DNA of 45,297 nucleotides, taken from contig MFJJ01000014.1 in the NCBI GenBank assembly GCA_001780895.1, positions 1 through 45,297 of the forward strand. Direction: 5' to 3'. Origin of the DNA: Candidatus Gottesmanbacteria bacterium RIFCSPHIGHO2_01_FULL_46_14. Lineage in GTDB: Bacteria; Patescibacteriota; Microgenomatia; UBA10105; UBA927. The translations under genes and the position numbers were made by a program. This document shows, piece by piece, positions 34,313 through 41,650 of this stretch. The notes beneath the pieces are model-generated. The model searched no databases and was not told where the DNA came from. It saw only the letters and a program-made list of their open reading frames with translations. Numbering within the stretch: position 1 is the stretch's first letter; each line of letters begins with the position of its first letter.

Positions 34313-37300
34313 ACAGATGTCCTCCGGGCAATCGTGTACGCAAATACAGATTGTTTAGCGTTTGCAAGCTCGTCCATAACAACGTGATGCAATCGGTCAG
34401 CACTTTTTTCCCAACTAAAATTTTGTGCCCATTCAGTGGCATTTTTCGACCAAGCCCGACGGTCACCGGTACTCGTTATCATCCGCTCCATGGCTCCGAC
34501 AAATGAAAGGACATTTCGGGGCTGAACTAACAGTCCTGTCTTTTCATCGACGACCGAGTCCCGTAGCCCATAGACATTAGATGCGATGACGGGCGTACCG
34601 CAGGCATTCGCCTCAATAACCGTCAGTCCCCAGCCTTCAAATGAAGACGGCTGGATTGCCGCCCAATGCCGACTATAAAGCCGTACTTTTTCTTCCTCAT
34701 CTACTTTGCCCATAAATGAAACCGATGTTGTCAAATCAAACTCTTTTATTAATGCACGAAGTGCATCTATACTTTCTCCTTCTCCTGCAATGGTCATTCG
34801 TGCGGTCTGGTGAAACTTTCGTACTGTCGCAAAGGCACGTATCGCCACGTCGATATTTTTATATTGTTTGAGCCTTCCTAAATATAAAAATGAGGGAAAT
34901 GTGGTTTTTTTCGACTTGGTATTATAAAGAGACAAGTCAACTCCAGGGCTTACAATATCTATTCGTGCATCTTTCCCATACTGTAGATGAGCAAGTATTT
35001 CAGCCTTTGACGATTCGGAAACAGTAACGATTCTGGATCCTCTATAAACCAGAGGTGCAATTCTGGATTCTATAAACGCTGCGATAGAAGAGAATGGAAA
35101 TTTAAGATGCTCCCGAAATACCTGCTGGTGCACGTGATAAATAACCGTGATCGTGGGAATCCGGGCATAGAGCGGAGCAAAAAACGGAATTCCGTTTTGG
35201 CTATCGATAATAACGTCAAACTTACCCCTGAATCTAAAAACATAGTAAAGCATTGCCCACAGATAGACCGTATAAAATCCACCGCGACGCACAACCCGAA
35301 CTCCATCGATAACCTGGTTTCTGCTGTGTTTGCCATCATTGCCACAAAAGATGGTCACCTGGTTACCTGAAGCAACCCATCGCTTGGCAAGCTCGTGAAC
35401 GTAGACTTCCGCTCCTCCTGCCCATGTATGCCTCGTATCGCGCCAATTGAGAACCAAAATCCGAAGCGCAGCTCCTGCGGTGCGTTGTTTGGGAAATTCG
35501 GAGAACAACCCTAAAAAGTCACCGATGTTTCGAATAAAAACTCGTATCGGCTCGAGGAATACATGAGTAAAAGCTACCGCGTTTACAAATGCGAGAGAGG
35601 AAACAAGAAGAACATGCACAATTGCATCAAGTGATCCGTGACTCAACGTAATTCCCACTATTGCACCCGCACTTGCCACAAAACTCATCGCAGAAAATAC
35701 ATAGTTATGCCGAATCTGATGATACGTCACGATTGTTGATGCAACAGTAAAGAACGCATAAGCTATCGCGTACTCAGGGAGAAGATGGACAATGGAATTT
35801 GCACGCTCACCAAACAGCAGTGGCGCGGTAATATACCCATATACCCCAAAGGCTAAAACACCAATTCCTGAAGCGATCATAGTTAGTCCTAAAAGAATCC
35901 GGAACTGTCGCTTCCCTTTTCCTCCTTCTCCAACCCTTCTGCTCACCAAGGGAACGATAAACTGCGAAAATAGCGAACCAAAAAAGAAAATCATTTTCCC
36001 CGATAGGGACAACAGTGCATATTGTCCCGCCTCTATCGGCGTTACGAAGAGTCGGACCATGAGAAAATCAAGCCCCAAAAACGCAGCAGATGAAGAACGG
36101 ATCAGTATCGTCGAGGCAAAAAACCGCCTCGGAAATCCACCATCTTTCGGATCCACAACCCGCTTTTGATCTTGGCTGGAAAATCTTACCGATAACCATC
36201 GCACCACGGCAAAAGAACAAACAATTGATAAGGGAATAGCAGCATACACAAGAAGCGATATCCCAGTCTCGACACCCAAAATAGCAAACACGAGCTTTGA
36301 AATTGCTTCGGTAATAAGCACAACAGACACTAACGTAAACTGCTGGGAACCGCTCAAATATCCTCCGTCGACGGAAGCAAGCAAACCAACCATAACAACA
36401 GGCGTAAAAAGCACGATTGGTGCAAGCGAATTGAGATGAAGCACTGTTGAGATTACCGGAATCCCGCCAATCCAAATTCCTGTAGCAAACAGCGAAACAA
36501 CGAGAGCTTTATGGCGTACGGTTTTCCAAAATTCAGTAGCCGGACCATCATATCTGCCCATCAGATATGCACTTTTGTGAGTAACCGTCATTGAAACTGC
36601 ACTAAATGCTATCTGGGCGGCATAGAGAAGACTTCCGATAAGACCGATAACACCAAAATCCTCGAGGCTCAATTTTCTTCCCAGGTAGGCATTATAGACA
36701 AAATTAAGCAGATTTCCCAATACTGAAGCCGCGATCAAAAGGACCGCTGGTGACAAAACGGGAGCAAAATTCCAACGCCTGGCTGCTTTTGCAGATTTAG
36801 GAGCAACGGCAAAAATTTTCTTCTTTGCTTTGTCCAAGTGGAATCCGTGGTTTGTCTTTTCCCAGTAATGGGGCTTAACGATAAGCTGTACCATGGCAAT
36901 CGTTGCAGCGACAGATACCATCAACCAGTAAAACGGCACGAGAAAAACATACTTAATGACGCTCCAGTGTCCTGCCCGGGCAGCACCAATCATGTAGTAA
37001 TAGATAAACAGGAAGTTTCCGAACACCAGAGACGTGACGGCCATATAGAAAATGACCGTCGGATAGAGCGATTCGATCGTCGGACCGACAAACGCGTAGA
37101 GAGTAAAATACGAAATTGTGGCAAGCCACAAAAAAGGATTGATGAACATAAACGCGATCTTGCCCCCAATGGTCAATTGAAAATACAAAGCATGAATGCC
37201 GTGACGCGAAACAAAACGGAGAGGATAGCGCATATGGACTAGATACGTCTGGAGATACCCTTTGATCCATCGGGATCGTTGCCTCATCCAATTTCCGAAT

Positions 37301-38979
37301 TTGCTGGTTGCTTCCTCGAGGGTAATTGAGTCCATGACGGCAGTTTTGTATCCCGCGCTAAAGAGCCGTGAGCCCAAATCACAATCCTCCGTCACGTTAA
37401 ATGCATCCCATCCATGGAGATGACGGAGAATTTCGGTTCGGAAATGGTTGCTCGTCCCGCCAAGCGGGATACTGGTTTGGATAGACTGAAGTCCGGTAAG
37501 GACGACGTCAAACCAGAGTGAATATTCTGCAGTAAATAGCCTCGTGAGCAAGTTGTTGTGTGGATTGTAAAAATTGAGCTTTGCCTGAAGACAGACCGTC
37601 TTGGCAGGCACTCTACCGAATGCCAGAATTGCTTTTTTGAGTTGTTTGGGATCAGGTATATCTTCTGCATCGTAGACAACAACATAATCCCCTTTTGCAT
37701 ATGCCAACCCGTAATTACAAGCCTTTGGCTTGGTTTTGGGCGCTCCCTCAGGGACCACCAGAATCCGTACATAGTCAGGCAATGTCAGGTTAGAAACTTC
37801 ATCGATGGTCTCCTTGTCATCCTCCTCTAAAAGTAACATCACGTCGAGACGATTTTTAGGATAGTCAAGACTTTCGATCGCTTTTAAAAATTGAGGAACA
37901 ACATGGGCTTCGCGGTACAACGGACACAATATCGAGTACAATGGAAGAGACCTCTCATCGATATGTGATAATTCTGCCTCCGTTATACTGATATCCGGTG
38001 ACCGGTGGAGACTTCTGAGAACCAAAAAGAGAGTAAATAGCACGTCAACAAAATAGATTGTTGAAAGTATGCCAACGATGCCAATAGCTGTTGGTAGCGG
38101 GTGCAAAATAAGCCCTGCAACAACGAGAGTAATGGTCATCGCTATTGCGACTTGCTGCCAAAACAGAAATGTCTTGATTGCAGAAATTTGGTGCGGGAGT
38201 GTGGAATGGGTGATAAAGCGAGTGCGTTTGTGCGCAATGCCTGCGCCAATCATCGACCCCTCACTCTTGGGCGGAAGCGTGTAGATAGGTTTGACATTGA
38301 GCCAGGTGATGAGTGCACCACTTGCTATTTCCCAGGCAGTTTTGGTGAGATTGATCTTGGAAGCACCTTCTTGCCGCAACTCAAAGCTGATGTCAACTGA
38401 TCCGATACTATACCCTACCTCTCGGGCAGTGGACAGAAGCGGCAAATCAAACGCCCAGGGTCTAATAGAGTTCTCGTCAATGTGACCCAAGATGTCTTTG
38501 CGGAAGAGCTTTAATCCTGACTGGATATCTGTTGAAATACCAAACAATAGTTTTCCAAAAACAAACGCATTCGTGCGCGAAAGCACCCGCCTTAGACAGG
38601 ATCCCTTGTATTGTCTCCGGTTGGCAACGACTATGCCATGCTTTTGGGCTTTCTCGACCATAGCTGGAATTGCTTCCGGGGGATATTGCAAGTCTGCATC
38701 GATCATGACGATCCATTCACTTTTGGCTAATTTGGCCCCTTCGATAATGCTGTATGCTTTTCCTGCTTTACCACGCTTCGTATGAATCAGGATCGGGTAG
38801 TCCTTCGACAATCTCTCCATAACGGCGACTGACCCGTCGGTCGAATGATCATCAACAAAAATAATTTCATAGGAAATTTTTGCAGAAGCAAGGGATGCAT
38901 TGATCCGCTCGACCAGAGGAGTTAGTGTCAACTCTTCATTTCTGCCAGGAATGACGATCGATAAATTTTCTGGTTTCAT
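34309..38979 (-). CDS. 1556-aa four-module fusion: Dpm1-like GT2 / processive cellulose-chitin-synthase-like GT2 with TM bundle / 12-TM MOP(Wzx)-like module / GT4
   Basis: A single uninterrupted frame. Module 1: aa 5-230 (nt ~38290-38967), with IVIPGRNEE, FVDDHSTDGS, IDADLQ. Module 2: aa ~268-715 (nt ~36835-38178), with 2 TM, then YDAED, TEDCDLG, QRSRW, then ~4 TM. Module 3: aa ~738-1150 (nt ~35530-36768), with ~12 hydrophobic segments and LGRKLSLEDFGVIG, typical of Polysacc_synt flippases. Module 4: aa ~1172-1540 (nt ~34360-35466), with ILVLNWRD...GGAEVYVHELA and SFEGWGLTVIEANACGTPVIAS (GT4 EX7E region). Confidence 0.85.
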   Translation of the reverse strand: MKPENLSIVIPGRNEELTLTPLVERINASLASAKISYEIIFVDDHSTDGSVAVMERLSKDYPILIHTKRGKAGKAYSIIEGAKLAKSEWIVMIDADLQYPPEAIPAMVEKAQKHGIVVANRRQYKGSCLRRVLSRTNAFVFGKLLFGISTDIQSGLKLFRKDILGHIDENSIRPWAFDLPLLSTAREVGYSIGSVDISFELRQEGASKINLTKTAWEIASGALITWLNVKPIYTLPPKSEGSMIGAGIAHKRTRFITHSTLPHQISAIKTFLFWQQVAIAMTITLVVAGLILHPLPTAIGIVGILSTIYFVDVLFTLFLVLRSLHRSPDISITEAELSHIDERSLPLYSILCPLYREAHVVPQFLKAIESLDYPKNRLDVMLLLEEDDKETIDEVSNLTLPDYVRILVVPEGAPKTKPKACNYGLAYAKGDYVVVYDAEDIPDPKQLKKAILAFGRVPAKTVCLQAKLNFYNPHNNLLTRLFTAEYSLWFDVVLTGLQSIQTSIPLGGTSNHFRTEILRHLHGWDAFNVTEDCDLGSRLFSAGYKTAVMDSITLEEATSKFGNWMRQRSRWIKGYLQTYLVHMRYPLRFVSRHGIHALYFQLTIGGKIAFMFINPFLWLATISYFTLYAFVGPTIESLYPTVIFYMAVTSLVFGNFLFIYYYMIGAARAGHWSVIKYVFLVPFYWLMVSVAATIAMVQLIVKPHYWEKTNHGFHLDKAKKKIFAVAPKSAKAARRWNFAPVLSPAVLLIAASVLGNLLNFVYNAYLGRKLSLEDFGVIGLIGSLLYAAQIAFSAVSMTVTHKSAYLMGRYDGPATEFWKTVRHKALVVSLFATGIWIGGIPVISTVLHLNSLAPIVLFTPVVMVGLLASVDGGYLSGSQQFTLVSVVLITEAISKLVFAILGVETGISLLVYAAIPLSIVCSFAVVRWLSVRFSSQDQKRVVDPKDGGFPRRFFASTILIRSSSAAFLGLDFLMVRLFVTPIEAGQYALLSLSGKMIFFFGSLFSQFIVPLVSRRVGEGGKGKRQFRILLGLTMIASGIGVLAFGVYGYITAPLLFGERANSIVHLLPEYAIAYAFFTVASTIVTYHQIRHNYVFSAMSFVASAGAIVGITLSHGSLDAIVHVLLVSSLAFVNAVAFTHVFLEPIRVFIRNIGDFLGLFSEFPKQRTAGAALRILVLNWRDTRHTWAGGAEVYVHELAKRWVASGNQVTIFCGNDGKHSRNQVIDGVRVVRRGGFYTVYLWAMLYYVFRFRGKFDVIIDSQNGIPFFAPLYARIPTITVIYHVHQQVFREHLKFPFSSIAAFIESRIAPLVYRGSRIVTVSESSKAEILAHLQYGKDARIDIVSPGVDLSLYNTKSKKTTFPSFLYLGRLKQYKNIDVAIRAFATVRKFHQTARMTIAGEGESIDALRALIKEFDLTTSVSFMGKVDEEEKVRLYSRHWAAIQPSSFEGWGLTVIEANACGTPVIASNVYGLRDSVVDEKTGLLVQPRNVLSFVGAMERMITSTGDRRAWSKNATEWAQNFSWEKSADRLHHVVMDELANAKQSVFAYTIARRTSV

Positions 38980-39155
38980 GGCTTGAACTTCTGATTTTTC
39001 AAAAACGAATAGAAATCATTTTTTGCTATCCGATAGTATCTCCCAAAACGCACCGCAGAGAGTCTCCCGGAACGGATATATTCGTAGATCGTTAATGTGT
39101 TTAGCCTGAGTATCTTGGCTATTTCACTAACAGTGAGAAAAGGTGCGTCAAACAT
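38976..39155 (-). CDS. Small excisionase/MerR-type HTH DNA-binding protein (59 aa), absent from the supplied ORF track
   Basis: Hand translation from ATG 39153-39155 gives MFDAPFLTVSEIAKILRLNTLTIYEYIRSGRLSAVRFGRYYRIAKNDFYSFLKNQKFKP. The pattern LT..E.A..L.....T+Y.....G.L....+G+.+RI...D...+L is the HTH_17/excisionase signature. The TGA stop (38976-38978) overlaps the ATG (38977-38979) of the 1556-aa gene. Confidence 0.65.
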   Translation of the reverse strand: MFDAPFLTVSEIAKILRLNTLTIYEYIRSGRLSAVRFGRYYRIAKNDFYSFLKNQKFKP

Positions 39156-39222
39156 TTGGTAGATACGTCCGAACGAGGCAGGAGGCAGGTATTAACTTAT
39201 ATTGTTAAGTTATAGGTCAAAC

Positions 39223-39251
39223 ACAATACCATGGGGATGTTTATCTGTCAA
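39223..39251 (-). promoter_or_regulatory. Sigma70-like promoter candidate TTGACA-17-TATTGT upstream of the small HTH gene
   Basis: Minus strand reads TTGACA (39246-39251), a 17-nt spacer, TATTGT (39223-39228). The implied 5' UTR of ~60 nt contains the inverted repeat TAACTTA-N6-TAAGTTA (39193-39212). Confidence 0.3.
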
Positions 39252-39258
39252 TAAGTAT

Positions 39259-39588
39259 CTATTGAACAGGATAGTGGTGTTGGGTGACGTACGTTCCAAT
39301 CGGCTCGTCGTTAACCGGGACTTTGAGAAGCCATGAGAATGTATTTGCAATAGAGGCCCCTACCCGAAGTCCAGTATAGGATCCGGGTCCGGTAGCGACC
39401 CGAATGTCGGTAATATCGCCCATTTTGAGGCTATTTTTGGCTAAAAGTGATTCAATACCGGATAGTACCGCCGTCCCACTCCTTAACGGCGTCTCAACCG
39501 TAAGCTTCTCAATCCTACCCTCGACATCAAGGGTGATAACCGACTTCATCCGATCCGAGGTATCAATGGAGAGAATTACTGATTTCAT
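39259..39588 (-). CDS. tsaB: Truncated (N-terminal-domain-only) TsaB-like t6A protein (109 aa)
   Basis: Start trimmed to ATG 39586-39588 (ATGA overlap). Motifs: ILSIDTS and ATGPGSYTGLRVGASIAN (the TsaB GPGSFTGLRIG motif). The protein ends about 100 aa earlier than typical TsaB. Confidence 0.65.
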   Translation of the reverse strand: MKSVILSIDTSDRMKSVITLDVEGRIEKLTVETPLRSGTAVLSGIESLLAKNSLKMGDITDIRVATGPGSYTGLRVGASIANTFSWLLKVPVNDEPIGTYVTQHHYPVQ

Positions 39589-40166
39589 AGGTCTACCGCG
39601 CCCTGACGGATGATGCGATAGGGGTGGACGGAACAATCAACGACAGTTGAGGGTTGTTTTAGCGTACAGTCCCCTGGTACAACAAAATCAACCAGTTGCA
39701 GCAACTCCGGATCGAGATCGCTAAAACGATATGGCGTTTTTCCCCCATGAAAATTTGCTGATGGCCCGAGGATCGGCACCCCGACCCCTTCTATTACATA
39801 GAGAGCGTCTGGATGGTTAGGCATGCGAAGGCCGATCGTGTCGCCGTTACCCCGGATAGGGGAGTAGACGAGTTCTTTATTACATGGCACCACAATCGTC
39901 AACGCGCCAGGCCAATATGTATCCATTAAACGTCGCACAATTTTAGACGGGGAAAGAAAGTGGGCGAGTGCCATTTCTTTGGAAGACACCAATACCGGCG
40001 TTGCTTGTGTACGAGGACGCCTGCGAATTTCAAATAATCGATCTACTGCTTGGCAGTCATCGATCCGGCACCCTATACCGAAGGCAGTATCGGTTGGGTA
40101 AATAACAATCCCACCATTACTGAGGACTTCAATTGCCTTTTTGATATCTGATTTCATGATTTCCAT
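39585..40166 (-). CDS. tsaC: L-threonylcarbamoyladenylate synthase, YrdC/TsaC type (193 aa)
   Basis: Motifs: GGIVIYPTDTAFGIGC, YWPGALTIV, SANFHGG. The start is ATG 40164-40166 or 40155-40157; both overlap the tsaE 3' end. Confidence 0.8.
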   Translation of the reverse strand: MEIMKSDIKKAIEVLSNGGIVIYPTDTAFGIGCRIDDCQAVDRLFEIRRRPRTQATPVLVSSKEMALAHFLSPSKIVRRLMDTYWPGALTIVVPCNKELVYSPIRGNGDTIGLRMPNHPDALYVIEGVGVPILGPSANFHGGKTPYRFSDLDPELLQLVDFVVPGDCTLKQPSTVVDCSVHPYRIIRQGAVDL

Positions 40167-40566
40167 TTGGTAAAACCGAAAATGTGATATCAACTCTATC
40201 CTTGGGAAGCCAATTTCCCAGTTTTTCCGCCCACTCAATAACGACGATAGAATCCGGATCCGACAACATATCCGAGACACCTAACTCCGCGAGATCTTTC
40301 TCTTCTACCCGATAGAGATCCAGATGATAGAGAAATCCGGCAGAATCAGGAATATTGTAACGTCGCACAATGATAAATGTGGGAGAGAGCAGGCGAGAGG
40401 TAATTCCCAGACCTTTGGCAAATCCCTGCACAAACGTCGTTTTACCAGTGCCTAACTCACCATAAAAACAAAGAACGCGAGGGGATTTTAAATTATTTCC
40501 AATCTCCTCCCCCACTCCCGCAGTTTCTTGGGCGCTTTTGGTAATAATTTTATGAGAAAAATCCAT
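40129..40566 (-). CDS. tsaE: t6A ATPase TsaE (145 aa)
   Basis: Motifs: SAQETAGVGEEIG...VLCFYGELGTGKTTFVQGFAKGLGI, SPTFIIV, YHLDLYR. Confidence 0.85.
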   Translation of the reverse strand: MDFSHKIITKSAQETAGVGEEIGNNLKSPRVLCFYGELGTGKTTFVQGFAKGLGITSRLLSPTFIIVRRYNIPDSAGFLYHLDLYRVEEKDLAELGVSDMLSDPDSIVVIEWAEKLGNWLPKDRVDITFSVLPNGNHEIRYQKGN

Positions 40567-40871
40567 GAAAGGGTGGCTCCAATGCCATCAATTATAACAT
40601 CGCGCACTCTTCCTTCCCTTGTAGATACAAATGTCTGGTGAAATTCGTCGGTCGATGCGTAGGCGATGGTCAAAAAAAATGCAATCCATTTGTTCTTTAT
40701 TGCCCGGCAATAGAGGATAAAAAGAACGCCATATTCTATAACATGAAGCGTTTTGAAGAATAGAAAATTTATAATAAATCGCTCATCCACGCTAACCGAC
40801 TCGCGGCTGGAAAAAGCGAAGATAATCGCCATCCATATGATTGCAGGGAACCACAAACGAATGTATTTCAT
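40488..40871 (-). CDS. VanZ-like family membrane protein (127 aa)
   Basis: Start trimmed to ATG 40869-40871 (ATGA overlap). It has 4 TM segments, with the FKTLHVIEYGVL and STDEFHQTFVSTREGRVRDVIID motifs. Confidence 0.75.
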   Translation of the reverse strand: MKYIRLWFPAIIWMAIIFAFSSRESVSVDERFIINFLFFKTLHVIEYGVLFILYCRAIKNKWIAFFLTIAYASTDEFHQTFVSTREGRVRDVIIDGIGATLSWIFLIKLLPKAPKKLREWGRRLEII

Positions 40872-41650
40872 TGAAGCTTTCTTTTTTTCCAAACAAGCAC
40901 AATTGCTATGATAGCAAGCCCGATTGCTACAAGTAAGAGGGCAATGATAAGAGGCAGCACCGGTTTAATTCCCCCTGATGGTGTTGCTGCCGTCTCGGTA
41001 CCCAGTACGATTCCGGAAGGGCTTACCTCAATGGTTGGTGTTAATGAAATCTTCGGTGTTGGTGTTTTAGTAGGTGTTGATTTTTTTGTAGGTGAATGAA
41101 TGATAGTCGGGGTAAGAGTATTGGTTGCTTGTGGTGCCGGGGTCGGAGTTTTTGTAGGGGCCTGCGTAGCAGTTGGGCCGGAAATTGCCAGAGACACTTC
41201 GTTGGACCACGTTGCACTACCGCCGCCGGTATACCTGCCGACCTTAAATACATAATTGCCTGGACCAGAATATGCAGAGTCTGCCGGGTCCGGTTTCACT
41301 TTTAGTTTTCCGCTCCAACTACCCTCAAATAAATCATTCTCCCCTACTTTGAAATACTGCGTCTTATCATTTGACGTTCCGATCCACTGGCCTTGGTTGT
41401 TTTGCGTGAAACCAAAATAGTTTGTTCCGCTCGGATAAAATACTCCTCGCAAATATGAATCGCTACAACCGTCACACGAAAGAAATACATCCGCGTCTAC
41501 TTCCTGAGACTGATCGAGCGAGGATGGGACATTGCTCACAGAAATAGTGACGGCGTGGACGGGGCGTACGAACGCTACGAGCGAAATCAAGGCTAAGCCT
41601 TGAAATATTCTACTGAACGTGGAGGTAGAATGAGAGCGTACTATCGCCAT
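40868..41650 (-). CDS. Secreted surface protein: signal peptide, beta-rich domain, Pro/Thr-rich linker, C-terminal TM anchor (260 aa)
   Basis: ATG at 41648-41650. Signal peptide FSRIFQGLALISLVAFVRPVHA. Linker TATQAPTKTPTPAPQATNTLTPT...TPTKTPTPKISLTPT. C-terminus VLPLIIALLLVAIGLAIIAIVLVWKKRKLQ. Confidence 0.55.
   Translation of the reverse strand: MAIVRSHSTSTFSRIFQGLALISLVAFVRPVHAVTISVSNVPSSLDQSQEVDADVFLSCDGCSDSYLRGVFYPSGTNYFGFTQNNQGQWIGTSNDKTQYFKVGENDLFEGSWSGKLKVKPDPADSAYSGPGNYVFKVGRYTGGGSATWSNEVSLAISGPTATQAPTKTPTPAPQATNTLTPTIIHSPTKKSTPTKTPTPKISLTPTIEVSPSGIVLGTETAATPSGGIKPVLPLIIALLLVAIGLAIIAIVLVWKKRKLQ

Noticed and set aside
34309-38979. The giant ORF as an artefact of fused neighbouring genes (lost stop codons or assembly chimera)
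   Set aside because: This cannot be excluded without reads. But the frame is continuous for 4.7 kb. Two of the three junctions have no ATG and no SD-like sequence. The linker regions look like ordinary basic cytoplasmic loops, and TM parity keeps all catalytic modules on the same side. I kept it as a real fusion pending read-level verification.
39002-39024. Degenerate fourth copy of the palindrome (AAAACGAATAGAAATCATTTT) upstream of the giant gene
   Set aside because: Only the right arm matches. The left arm has 2 mismatches and the spacing is off by 1. It lies inside the 59-aa HTH coding sequence (…AKNDFYSF…). Isolated half-sites at 30174-30184 and 31767-31776 are likewise intragenic and unpaired.
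40868-40990. C-terminal TM + KKRK tail of the 260-aa surface protein as a second sortase signal
   Set aside because: No LPXTG-like pentapeptide precedes the hydrophobic segment (the sequence is …TPSGGIKPVLPLII…). A plain C-terminal membrane anchor is the simpler reading.
41588-41602. CAAGGCTAAGCCTTG mini-palindrome as an independent regulatory element
   Set aside because: It encodes FQGLAL in the signal peptide of the next gene. It can only form a 5-6 bp stem with a 1-3 nt loop. I note it only as a possible relative of the 16434-16469 arms.
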